NCBI GenBank assembly: GCA_040391135.1
Contig: JBEBYL010000013.1
Location: 3,778-67,777, forward strand
DNA: 64,000 nucleotides
From: Pusillimonas sp.
GTDB taxonomy: Bacteria; Pseudomonadota; Gammaproteobacteria; Burkholderiales; Burkholderiaceae_B
Direction: 5' to 3'
In this document: positions 20,429-28,615 of the stretch, piece after piece
Layout of the letters: every line of letters starts with the position of its first letter
How positions within the stretch are numbered: position 1 is the first letter of the stretch
Notes under the pieces: generated by a model
Database searches by the model: none
What the model was told of the DNA's origin: nothing
What the model saw: the letters and a program-made list of their open reading frames with translations, nothing else
Position numbers and translations under genes: made by a program

Positions 20429-20476
20429 TTCACTTCCTGAACAAGAACATCCATTTTTATCAATACGGGGTAAATC

Positions 20477-20857
20477 ATGAATCTTCCTAGCGACCGCAAG
20501 TACACGTCCTCGCACGAGTGGGTAAAAGCCGAAGGCGACCTGCTGATGGTGGGCATTACCGATACCGCGCAAGACCAACTGGGCGACCTGGTCTTCGTGG
20601 GCGACGTCAATCCGGGCGCCAGCCTGAAGGCGGGCGAGACGGCTGGCGTGGTGGAATCGGTCAAGGCCGCCTCCGACATCTACGCACCGGTGGACGGCGA
20701 AATCGTTGCCTTCAACGAAGACCTCAACGATCAGCCCAACCTGATCAACGAAGCCGCCTTCGATACCTGGATCTTCAAGATCAAGCCCGTCAATGCCGCG
20801 GATGCCGACGGCTTGCTGGACGGCGCCGGCTACGAAGCCCTTGTCAACGCTGGCTGA
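20477..20857 (+). CDS. gcvH: Glycine cleavage system H protein
   Basis: The 126-aa ORF has the lipoyl-lysine motif VESVKAASD. Confidence 0.95.
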   Translation: MNLPSDRKYTSSHEWVKAEGDLLMVGITDTAQDQLGDLVFVGDVNPGASLKAGETAGVVESVKAASDIYAPVDGEIVAFNEDLNDQPNLINEAAFDTWIFKIKPVNAADADGLLDGAGYEALVNAG

Positions 20858-20904
20858 TTTTTTTTAATGCCTTTGCTGCGAACCTGTTCTGTTTAGGTTG
20901 ATTT

Positions 20905-23808
20905 ATGTTGCGTGAACTAGACCCTCATTCCGATTTCATTCCCCGGCATATCGGCCCGGGCCAGGCCGACCAGGCCAAGATGCTGGCTGCGATCGGCGTT
21001 CCCGACCTGCACAGCCTTATCCAGGAAGTCGTGCCGCCCAGTATCCTGAAGCGCGGCGCCCTGAGCCTGCCGGCTTCGCGCAGCGAGGCCGATGCGCTGG
21101 CCGAGCTGAAGGAAATCGCGGGACGGAATCAGGTGTTCCGCAACTATATTGGGCAAGGGTATTACGGTACCCACGTGCCCAATGTCATCCTGCGCAACAT
21201 CCTTGAGAACCCCGCCTGGTACACGGCCTACACGCCGTACCAGCCAGAGATCTCGCAGGGCCGCCTTGAGGCGCTCCTTAATTACCAGACCATGGTGGCC
21301 GATCTTACCGGCCTGGACATCGCCAACGCTTCGCTGCTGGACGAAGGCACGGCGGCCGCCGAAGCCATGACCCTGGCACGCCGCGGCTCACGCTCCAAAA
21401 GCAAGGTTTTCTTCGCCTCGGTGCATTGCCATCCGCAGACGATAGAGCTGCTGCGCACCCGCGCCAGCGGGCTGGACATCGACGTGGTGGTGGGCGACGA
21501 GGGGCAAGGCCTGCCCGAATGCTTTGGCGTATTGCTCCAGTATCCGAACAGCCTGGGCGGCGTTGCCGATTACCGCGCCTTGACGGAATCCGCGCATGCG
21601 CAGGGCGCCGTGGTGGCCGTCGCCACCGACTTGCTGGCGCTGGCCCTGTTGGCCGCGCCGGGTGAATGGGGCGCCGATATCGCCATTGGTTCGGCGCAGC
21701 GCTTCGGCGTGCCGCTGGGCTTTGGCGGCCCGCATGCCGGCTTCATGGCCTGCAAGGACGCCTTCAAGCGCAACATGCCGGGCCGTCTGGTCGGCGTGTC
21801 CAAGGACAGCCAGGGCGCGCCCGCATTGCGCCTGGCCCTGCAAACGCGCGAGCAGCATATACGCCGCGAGAAAGCCACATCCAACATCTGCACTGCGCAA
21901 GTGCTGCTGGCCGTGATGGCCGGCATGTATGCCGTCTGGCACGGTCCGGCCGGCATCAAGCGCATCGCCCAACGCGTGGCCTACCTGACCGCCTTCCTGC
22001 GCGATGCGCTGGCCGAATTGGGCGTGGCGTCGGTCAACAAACAATTCTTCGATACCTTGCTGCTGGACACCGGCGCAGCCACGCAAGCCATCGTGAAGGC
22101 CGCACAGGCGGCCTCCATCAACCTGCGCCAAGTCGACGGCAAGCAGTTGGCCGTGTCGCTGGACGAAACCGTGACGGTCGACGATGTGCATGCCTTGCTG
22201 CAGGCCTTCGCTGAAGGCCTGGGCAAATCATGGGACGCATCGGCCAAGCGCACATTGCCCGCCCAGCACGGCGTTCCATCCGCCTTGCTGCGCCAGTCCG
22301 CCATCCTGACCCATCCGGTGTTCTCGCGCATCCAGTCCGAAACCGACATGCTGCGTTATCTGCGCGCCCTGGCAGACAAGGACCTGGCATTGGATCGCAC
22401 CATGATCCCGCTGGGCTCCTGCACCATGAAGCTCAATGCCACGGCCGAGATGATCCCCGTCACCTGGCCAGAATTCGGCGCCATGCACCCATTTGCGCCC
22501 GCCTCGCAAAGCCAGGGCTACAAAGAGCTTATCGATCGCCTGTCGGCCGCCTTGTGCGAGATCACCGGCTACGACTCCATCAGCCTGCAACCCAACTCGG
22601 GCGCGCAGGGCGAATTCGCCGGCCTGCTGGCCATTCGCGGCTACCATCAGGCCAACGGCCAGCATCAGCGCAATGTGTGCCTGATACCGGCCTCGGCGCA
22701 CGGCACGAATCCCGCTTCGGCCCAGTTGGCCGGCATGGACGTGGTCGTGGTGGCATCGGACGATAACGGCAACGTCGATGTGGCCGACCTGAAAGCCAAG
22801 ATAGCCAGCGTGGGCGACCGTCTTGCCGCCCTGATGATCACCTATCCGTCCACGCACGGCGTGTTCGAGACCGCGGTCACCGAGATCTGCGCGCTGGTGC
22901 ACGATGCCGGCGGCCAGGTCTACCTGGACGGCGCCAACATGAACGCCATGGTGGGCCTGGCCCAGCCCGGCAAGTTCGGCTCCGACGTTTCGCACTTGAA
23001 CCTGCACAAGACCTTCTGCATTCCGCACGGCGGCGGCGGCCCGGGCGTGGGTCCGGTGGCCGTTCGCTCGCACCTGGCGCCATACCTGCCGGGCATCGTC
23101 GACGAAGCCGGCAAGCTGCCCGAAGGCACGGCGGTGGGTCCCGTTTCGGCGGCGCCATACGGCTCGGCCAGCATCCTGCCCATACCGTATCTGTACATTG
23201 CCATGATGGGCGCGGAAGGCCTGTTGCAGGCTACGGAAGTGGCCATACTGAACGCGAACTACATTGCCGCGCGCCTGCGCGACCATTATCCGGTGCTGTA
23301 CGCGGGCAAGAATGGCCACGTGGCGCACGAGTGCATATTGGACATCCGGCCGATCAAGGATGCCTGCGGCATCTCGAACGAGGATGTCGCCAAGCGCCTG
23401 GTGGATTACGGTTTCCATGCGCCGACGATGAGCTTTCCGGTGGCGGGCACGCTGATGGTGGAGCCCACGGAATCGGAAGGGCTGGCTGAGCTGGATCGCT
23501 TCATCGATGCGATGATCGCCATCCGCGCGGAGATCGCCGAGGTGGAACGCGGCGAGAAAGACGCGCAAGACAATGTGCTGCGTAATGCTCCGCATACGGC
23601 GCAGATGCTGCTGTCGACGGAATGGCATCACGATTACACGCGTGAGAAGGCGGCTTATCCGGTCGCCAGCTTGCGAGATGGGAAGTACTGGCCGCCGGTT
23701 TCGCGGGTGGACAATGCCTATGGGGACAGGAATCTGGTGTGTTCCTGCCCGCCTATGTCGGCGTATGAGGATGATGCGGCGGCTGTTGCTTCTGAGGCTT
23801 CGGTTTAG
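20905..23808 (+). CDS. gcvP: Glycine dehydrogenase (decarboxylating), P protein
   Basis: This is a 967-aa single-chain P protein with the PLP-lysine region [18 protein letters not shown]. Confidence 0.97.
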   Translation: MLRELDPHSDFIPRHIGPGQADQAKMLAAIGVPDLHSLIQEVVPPSILKRGALSLPASRSEADALAELKEIAGRNQVFRNYIGQGYYGTHVPNVILRNILENPAWYTAYTPYQPEISQGRLEALLNYQTMVADLTGLDIANASLLDEGTAAAEAMTLARRGSRSKSKVFFASVHCHPQTIELLRTRASGLDIDVVVGDEGQGLPECFGVLLQYPNSLGGVADYRALTESAHAQGAVVAVATDLLALALLAAPGEWGADIAIGSAQRFGVPLGFGGPHAGFMACKDAFKRNMPGRLVGVSKDSQGAPALRLALQTREQHIRREKATSNICTAQVLLAVMAGMYAVWHGPAGIKRIAQRVAYLTAFLRDALAELGVASVNKQFFDTLLLDTGAATQAIVKAAQAASINLRQVDGKQLAVSLDETVTVDDVHALLQAFAEGLGKSWDASAKRTLPAQHGVPSALLRQSAILTHPVFSRIQSETDMLRYLRALADKDLALDRTMIPLGSCTMKLNATAEMIPVTWPEFGAMHPFAPASQSQGYKELIDRLSAALCEITGYDSISLQPNSGAQGEFAGLLAIRGYHQANGQHQRNVCLIPASAHGTNPASAQLAGMDVVVVASDDNGNVDVADLKAKIASVGDRLAALMITYPSTHGVFETAVTEICALVHDAGGQVYLDGANMNAMVGLAQPGKFGSDVSHLNLHKTFCIPHGGGGPGVGPVAVRSHLAPYLPGIVDEAGKLPEGTAVGPVSAAPYGSASILPIPYLYIAMMGAEGLLQATEVAILNANYIAARLRDHYPVLYAGKNGHVAHECILDIRPIKDACGISNEDVAKRLVDYGFHAPTMSFPVAGTLMVEPTESEGLAELDRFIDAMIAIRAEIAEVERGEKDAQDNVLRNAPHTAQMLLSTEWHHDYTREKAAYPVASLRDGKYWPPVSRVDNAYGDRNLVCSCPPMSAYEDDAAAVASEASV

Positions 23809-23832
23809 GCTTTTGTGCTCTGCTGTTGCATT

Positions 23833-23866
23833 GAAGGCTGTGGCGACGGTTGTTGCTACAGCCTTA
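23833..23866 (+). terminator. Candidate hairpin terminator after gcvP
   Basis: GAAGGCTGT...ACAGCCTT forms an 8-9 bp stem followed by a T-containing tail (agttttctg), 25 nt after the gcvP stop. Confidence 0.4.
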
Positions 23867-23903
23867 GTTTTCTGTAGACGTGCTTTTTGACGTGGATGCC
23901 CTT

Positions 23904-23925
23904 ACTGCCTGGGGCAGTTTTTTTT
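23904..23925 (+). terminator. Candidate rho-independent terminator
   Basis: ACTGCC-tgg-GGCAGT is followed by T8 (23918-23925). Confidence 0.5.
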
Positions 23926-24049
23926 GCCTCAGCATTCGGTTCTTGAGACGCTGGCGGGCGGGAGGGGTGGGGCTCCGGCACGTCTAGCGGCCCGGCCAAG
24001 GCCGGGCTTCCCGCGCCTTCCTGGTCCGTGTGAGCGTCGATCGAACTCC

Positions 24050-24379
24050 CTACGGCTGTTCCAGTGGCCATACCTCAACGACGCCGTGTGCAACAGCACA
24101 AGGAGTTCGCGACACCATGTCTATAGCCTCGGCCAAATCGACAGCCTCGATGACGGCAAAGCCAGCCACTGGCAAGGGCGAGTTCATGAATGGCCCGTTC
24201 GTCGTTTCAACGTGAACAGCATCAGGATTGCGCACCTGGACCGGACTGCCTGCGATGCCCATCAGCATTCCGTCTTTTTGCAACTTTGCATCGTGCGCAT
24301 GGGCTGCGTCGCGGATGGCGGCTGCGGTACGGTCGTAACCCTCTTGCTCTCCATATCCGATCGTTATGAACTTTGGCAT
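24050..24379 (-). CDS. YCII-related (YciI-like) domain protein
   Basis: The ORF is trimmed to MPKFITIGYGEQEGYDR...PFMNSPLPVAGFAVIEAVDLAEAIDMVSRTPCA..G.VEVWPL, with the SD AAGGAG 7 nt upstream of the ATG at 24379. Confidence 0.75.
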   Translation of the reverse strand: MPKFITIGYGEQEGYDRTAAAIRDAAHAHDAKLQKDGMLMGIAGSPVQVRNPDAVHVETTNGPFMNSPLPVAGFAVIEAVDLAEAIDMVSRTPCAVAHGVVEVWPLEQP

Positions 24380-24629
24380 GGGTCGTCTCCTTAAGATTGC
24401 GGGGCGGGAAGACTCGTCAGCAAACCGTTTGCCAAAGCCTGAAATAGTGAAGGCTGCTTCCGACCCAGAGCGGAAGTCCGGCCGACGAAAGCCTATGGCT
24501 GCTTCGCAGCGAAGGCCGTCCTTCGACTGGACGCGTGAGAATGCCAGCAATCTAGCAGTCTCCGAGCACTCATCGTTGCTAAACGTTGCCGTCCAGGCTG
24601 TGCGTGGATGCCGATAGCGCGTGAACACG

Positions 24630-26258
24630 CTACGCCTTTTTCTTTCCCTTTTTCGGGGGGATTGTGACTGTCTTCGCGTATATGTCGTTCACGGATATCT
24701 TTAGAAGTTCGACCTTGTATCCGAAGCCCCGAAGCACCTTGCGCGTATTGACAAGATTGACCTTGGAAAAAAAAGGTAAATGCAAGTCAGCGCCTGGCGC
24801 ATCACTGATGACGGCATAGGTGATTGTGAAGGATTCATGCTCCGGCTTCGGCTCGATCCTCATAAGTTCGCGGTGGGTCGGCGCAAGCTGTGCTCGGACT
24901 TTCTCACGAAATTTAGGGTCGATTTGAATGAGTTGACCGGATACGAAGCCTTGAGCGAACAGGTGGCTCAAGACGCTGGACTTGCCGTACATTTTGACGT
25001 GGATCAGTTCGCGGTTGGATGAGAAAAGATCGCAGATCTCGACCTGTCCGTGGCCTCCGCCGTGCATGACTTTCTTCTTGTCATCGAGCAGGTCGTAGAT
25101 CGCCGGTTCGAGCGCTGCCACCTGTGCGTTATACGCCCCTTCTCCGCCACCCTGATATTCGGGTAGCTTGATAGTCGACGGCGGGATCGCCGCATAGTCT
25201 TGGTTCGTCCGTTCGACGAAATCCTTGGCGATACTGAACCACTTGCCATCATTCAGGACATGTGTGACGCCGTCGAGTTCGATCTCCGCATAGAGGCACT
25301 TGAATACTGGCCACGACTTGAAAACCTTCTTATGGTCCGCGTCGGCGCAATGAACGTGGCGCGCACGCAGCGCCTCAAGAGTGATCGGTCCATCGACAGT
25401 GTCGCGAAACCCCTCCATATTGATGTCAGGGTGAAGAATGCCGCCGCCGTAGGGTGAATACATGAACCCCTTGACCATCGTCCATTCGATGATTTCCGGA
25501 ATCGACAGCCAGATGCCGTCGAATTGGTCTGCGGCCATTCTTGCTTCGAGGGCGTTCTCGAGGGCGCTTATGACCGCTGCACTCTTGGTTGTCGAGATGT
25601 TGTTGACCCATTGATAGTCCTCTGCGTTTAGTTCGGCTTCGAAAAGTTTCCGGTACTGATCGAGCAAAAACGGGAGGTCGGAAAGATCCAACTTGACCGA
25701 GACAGCCAACGCGTCACTGCCTGCCATGCGGTTGCCGAGGATCGAATTCTTGGGTGCGCCGACGATGGCCTTCAGCATGTCCTGCTCAACACTCAGACCG
25801 AACTGATCCGGCGTCGTCTCCTGGCCGGATTGGATGCGCATGTGGCTCTCAATGGCATTCAGCGATTGCACATCGACGCAGCGGAACGTCTTGGGATCAA
25901 CGGCATTGAGAGCGCAGAGAAGCCCGAAGCGCTCTTCGATCACATCATCTCTCAGAAGGAAGCGTCCGCCCTGACCGAAGGCCAGGACAAAACTGCGTTC
26001 GTTGATCTTGACGAAAAAGGCAGCAGCGACGCCCTCAACGGCCAGACCCTTCGGGTTGATGAACTCCTTAAACAGTGCCGACCATTTCGGCGGTGACGGA
26101 GGATTCTTCCTGACAAAAAGCTGTCCGGCCCCGTGGCCCGCGATGGCAACCTCAACGGGCGCGTCGCAGGCTTCGATCTTTATAACTTGGTGATTGGTCG
26201 TAAATTGTTGTTTGATGAGGAAGATGCTGAGATGGTTGACTTTCTTTTCTTGTGGCAT
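24630..26258 (-). CDS. TIGR04141/DUF6119-like 'sporadically distributed' protein with a C-terminal nuclease-like motif (family call from memory)
   Basis: This is a 542-aa ORF with a strong SD (GGAGGAG) and G+C well below the flanks. The N-terminus reads LSIFLIK...AFGQGGRFLL. The C-terminal motif is EICD(410)LFSSNRE(417)LIH(420)VK(422), and the tail is basic (PPKKGKKKA). Confidence 0.6.
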   Translation of the reverse strand: MPQEKKVNHLSIFLIKQQFTTNHQVIKIEACDAPVEVAIAGHGAGQLFVRKNPPSPPKWSALFKEFINPKGLAVEGVAAAFFVKINERSFVLAFGQGGRFLLRDDVIEERFGLLCALNAVDPKTFRCVDVQSLNAIESHMRIQSGQETTPDQFGLSVEQDMLKAIVGAPKNSILGNRMAGSDALAVSVKLDLSDLPFLLDQYRKLFEAELNAEDYQWVNNISTTKSAAVISALENALEARMAADQFDGIWLSIPEIIEWTMVKGFMYSPYGGGILHPDINMEGFRDTVDGPITLEALRARHVHCADADHKKVFKSWPVFKCLYAEIELDGVTHVLNDGKWFSIAKDFVERTNQDYAAIPPSTIKLPEYQGGGEGAYNAQVAALEPAIYDLLDDKKKVMHGGGHGQVEICDLFSSNRELIHVKMYGKSSVLSHLFAQGFVSGQLIQIDPKFREKVRAQLAPTHRELMRIEPKPEHESFTITYAVISDAPGADLHLPFFSKVNLVNTRKVLRGFGYKVELLKISVNDIYAKTVTIPPKKGKKKA

Positions 26259-26640
26259 CGGCTGGTTCTCCTCCAGAAAAGTGCTTATGTGGCTAGTTGG
26301 CCTTCAAGTCAACCGCCACTATCCTCAAAATTGAGTAGATCGACCACTACCAGGCAGCACCGTTTTCTTCAAAACCGGATGGCCACACGTTGCCTCATTT
26401 CTCGGATATGTGGCTGCCGCGACGACTCTCACTTCCTTCTGGCGACATAGCAACGGCTACTGATCGAATCACCCGACAGAGACGCAACTTCGGCCCGGTT
26501 TCTCTCGCAGCGAAAGCCGGTCTTCAGCCGGGCAGACACGAGCGACTGCAACAAGCCCCGCATTGAGTAGCTGCAATGGCACACGGCGGAAACGGATCAT
26601 CTTGCAAGCACCTGATCGCGGAATAAATCATCATGTAATC

Positions 26641-27132
26641 TCACGTACAACCCCTCGCTAGACATCGCAACCAGGAGGTCGCGGTTTTGGTGTCACTATG
26701 CATGTCAAAGTGCTGGCTCAAGAAAATTAGCTCCAACGCCTTGCCAGAGTCTGGAGTCTCTGCAGCCAATTGGATACGCTGAAGAAACGCCCTGCGGAGT
26801 GCTCGCAGGTCTTCCTTCGGATAACCGTCTGCATCCCGATCGGTCTTCTCGTGGCAACTAGGACATGCAAGGATCAGATTTTCGGTATCGTTGGTCAGGA
26901 CCTCAGCTTCCACAGCGCTGTGCTCACATTCTCCCCGCGGCCCGTTAGGACTTGCCGGCAGAATGTGGGCGACCTCGCCTCAGTTCATTCTCGTGCCTAC
27001 TCGAAAATCCTTCCTTAGATCTGTTCCACACGGCTCACAATGTCCAGCGGTGCGAATCCAGACAATGTTTCGAACTTCAGGTTTGGTGTGAAACCGATCA
27101 TCAGCCTTGGAAGTAGCCACTTTTTTCCTCAC
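26641..27132 (-). pseudogene. HNH endonuclease interrupted by an in-frame TGA
   Basis: My reverse translation gives V-RKKVATSKADDRFHTKPEVRNIVWIRTAGHCEPCGTDLRKDFRVGTRMN-*(TGA at 26982-26980)-GEVAHILPASPNGPRGE...NLILACPSCHEKTDRD. The CxxC zinc pair, the catalytic His region (AHI) and the N...CxxCH half are split by the stop. The track shows only the distal 90-aa piece. Confidence 0.7.
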
Positions 27133-27233
27133 GCTTTGGCCTTCCCATCTCGCCGCTGCTTTGTTGTTCCCATTGCCACCCTTGTCGCAATTCGTTCCTA
27201 AAAGATTATGTGCGCTCTAGTCCAACCGTCATT

Positions 27234-27278
27234 AATTGTGGCACAATTTATTAACAATAGGTTACATCAATTGTTAAT
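27234..27278. promoter_or_regulatory. Two operator-like palindromes in an AT-rich divergent intergenic region
   Basis: AATTGTG-g-CACAATT lies at 27234-27248. ATTAACAAT-N11-ATTGTTAAT lies at 27250-27258 / 27270-27278. Both sit between the HNH pseudogene and the DUF4062 operon. Confidence 0.3.
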
Positions 27279-27488
27279 TCGAGAGTAAGAGATTTCGAAG
27301 GAACAGTGGGCGGCAGATATAAGCCATCCCTACTTTTGCCCATTTAACCGTCGTTATTGGCAACAACCTGAACGGCGGACAACTGGAATGCGAACTGGTG
27401 GTCCCTACTCAATCCTGTCCTTGAGGAATTGCCCACGTATCCCGAATTGCGTTCTGTCCATCAGTAGAAAATCAAACAGGAGCGCTCC

Positions 27489-28604
27489 TTGGCTAAACCC
27501 CTTATCAGAGTAATGCTGTCCAGCCGATGTCTCGACCCGTTTCCCATGGGCAGCAAGTCCACACTGACTGACCTACGAAGGGAACTGAAAACCGAGATCG
27601 AGTCCGCCCACGCGCTAGGGCGCAGGCTATTCGAGGTCTGGATCAACGAAGACGCGCCGCCGGCCGAAGGCACACGGGACAGTTGGGATGCCTGCCTACA
27701 GGCCGTACGCGATTGTGATGTGCTCATCGTGCTATCGAATGGCAATGCGGGCTGGGCCGCGGGCGAGCAGGACATCGGCATTTGCCACGCAGAGTACATG
27801 GAGGGCCTTCGCTCCGCGCAGGCCAAGGTGCGCCTAGTGGTTTTGCCGACGGTGGCCGACGATAAGGGTCGTGCAGGCGCGCGCAACCGGCGCTTCCAAG
27901 AGTATCTCGCGCGGCAGACTGCCTTCCGGGGCGGTGAAGTGAAGACGGTCGCCGATGCAAAAAAACGCGTGTTCGAGGCGCTCTCGGATGCCGTGGTCTC
28001 GCTGACGCAACGAGGCGTGCAAGCTGGCGCATCGACGCGCTTCGATGTCGGCGCGGCCCTGGACTGGACCCGGCTCGACTTCCGTCAACGAAAAATGGCT
28101 ATGGAATCGACGCTCAAAACAGCCTTGGGCGGGCTCAAGGGTGCCAAGGCGCTGGACGGTGGTGTGGTGGTCAGCCTGGATGGCAAGGACGTAGCAGTGG
28201 TGGTTCACGCGATTCCGGCCTCGCTCAGCGTGGCCGCCGCACGCGAGTTAGTAGGACGGCCCTTCCTAGAGGATCACCAGCGCATCGAGTTGCTGACTTC
28301 GGCACACGGGCCATTGCATCTGATTGCCTGTCACCGGGGCGCGACGGAAACCCAGGCTACGTCGCTTCTGGGATTTCCGGACGCGACGGTGGTGAGCGGC
28401 CCCTTTGGGGTATTCGTGGCCGATGACGTGCAGAAGGTGCAATTCGCCTTCTTGGCTAACTGCCGAGACGACTCACAGACGCGACACGCCAGTCAACGTT
28501 TTTTTGAATGGTTGCAACAGACCGGTGAAGGGACGCTGGTGGCACGCAGGGCGGTGTCTCGCGCTCGGATCGTCAAGGTGGTGGCGAAAGAAATGAATAC
28601 CTGA
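27489..28604 (+). CDS. DUF4062-like (TIR/nucleoside 2-deoxyribosyltransferase-like) N-terminal domain protein with an uncharacterised C-terminal region
   Basis: It has a TTG start 6-7 nt after AGGAG. Residues 5-120, IRVMLSSRCLD...DLRRELKTEIE...FEVWINED...SWDACLQAVRDCDVLIVLSNGNAGW...GICHAE(102)YMEG...KVRLVVL, follow the DUF4062 pattern as I recall it (vFiSS..DL.eER...E......cl.eid.cD.fv.ilG.rYG....SiTe.Ey..A). Residues about 125-371 match nothing I recognise. Confidence 0.6.
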   Translation: MAKPLIRVMLSSRCLDPFPMGSKSTLTDLRRELKTEIESAHALGRRLFEVWINEDAPPAEGTRDSWDACLQAVRDCDVLIVLSNGNAGWAAGEQDIGICHAEYMEGLRSAQAKVRLVVLPTVADDKGRAGARNRRFQEYLARQTAFRGGEVKTVADAKKRVFEALSDAVVSLTQRGVQAGASTRFDVGAALDWTRLDFRQRKMAMESTLKTALGGLKGAKALDGGVVVSLDGKDVAVVVHAIPASLSVAAARELVGRPFLEDHQRIELLTSAHGPLHLIACHRGATETQATSLLGFPDATVVSGPFGVFVADDVQKVQFAFLANCRDDSQTRHASQRFFEWLQQTGEGTLVARRAVSRARIVKVVAKEMNT

Positions 28605-28615
28605 GGAGGCTGAAC

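Noticed and set aside
24380-24628. An 83-aa N-terminal extension of the YCII ORF.
   Set aside because: The YCII domain starts at MPKFITIGYG, which has a good SD. The upstream in-frame stretch is intergenic-looking and has no start context.
24504-26524. An imperfect 30-nt direct repeat flanking the DUF6119-like gene. The copies are tcgcagcgaaggccgtccttcgactggacg at 24504-24533 and tcgcagcgaaagccggtcttcagccgggca at 26495-26524, with 22/30 identical.
   Set aside because: Exact 10-mers recur by chance many times in 64 kb of G+C-rich DNA, and the extension is weak. This is not enough to call cassette or att repeats without comparison to other genomes.
26980-26982. The in-frame TGA in the HNH gene read as selenocysteine or programmed read-through.
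   Set aside because: I saw no SECIS-like hairpin immediately downstream, and HNH nucleases are not known selenoproteins. A nonsense mutation is the simpler explanation, although a sequencing error cannot be excluded.
27238-27258. TGGCAC within the 27234-27248 palindrome, considered as a sigma-54 -24 element.
   Set aside because: The required -12 TTGC(A/T) element at the correct spacing is absent, because ATTAA follows instead.
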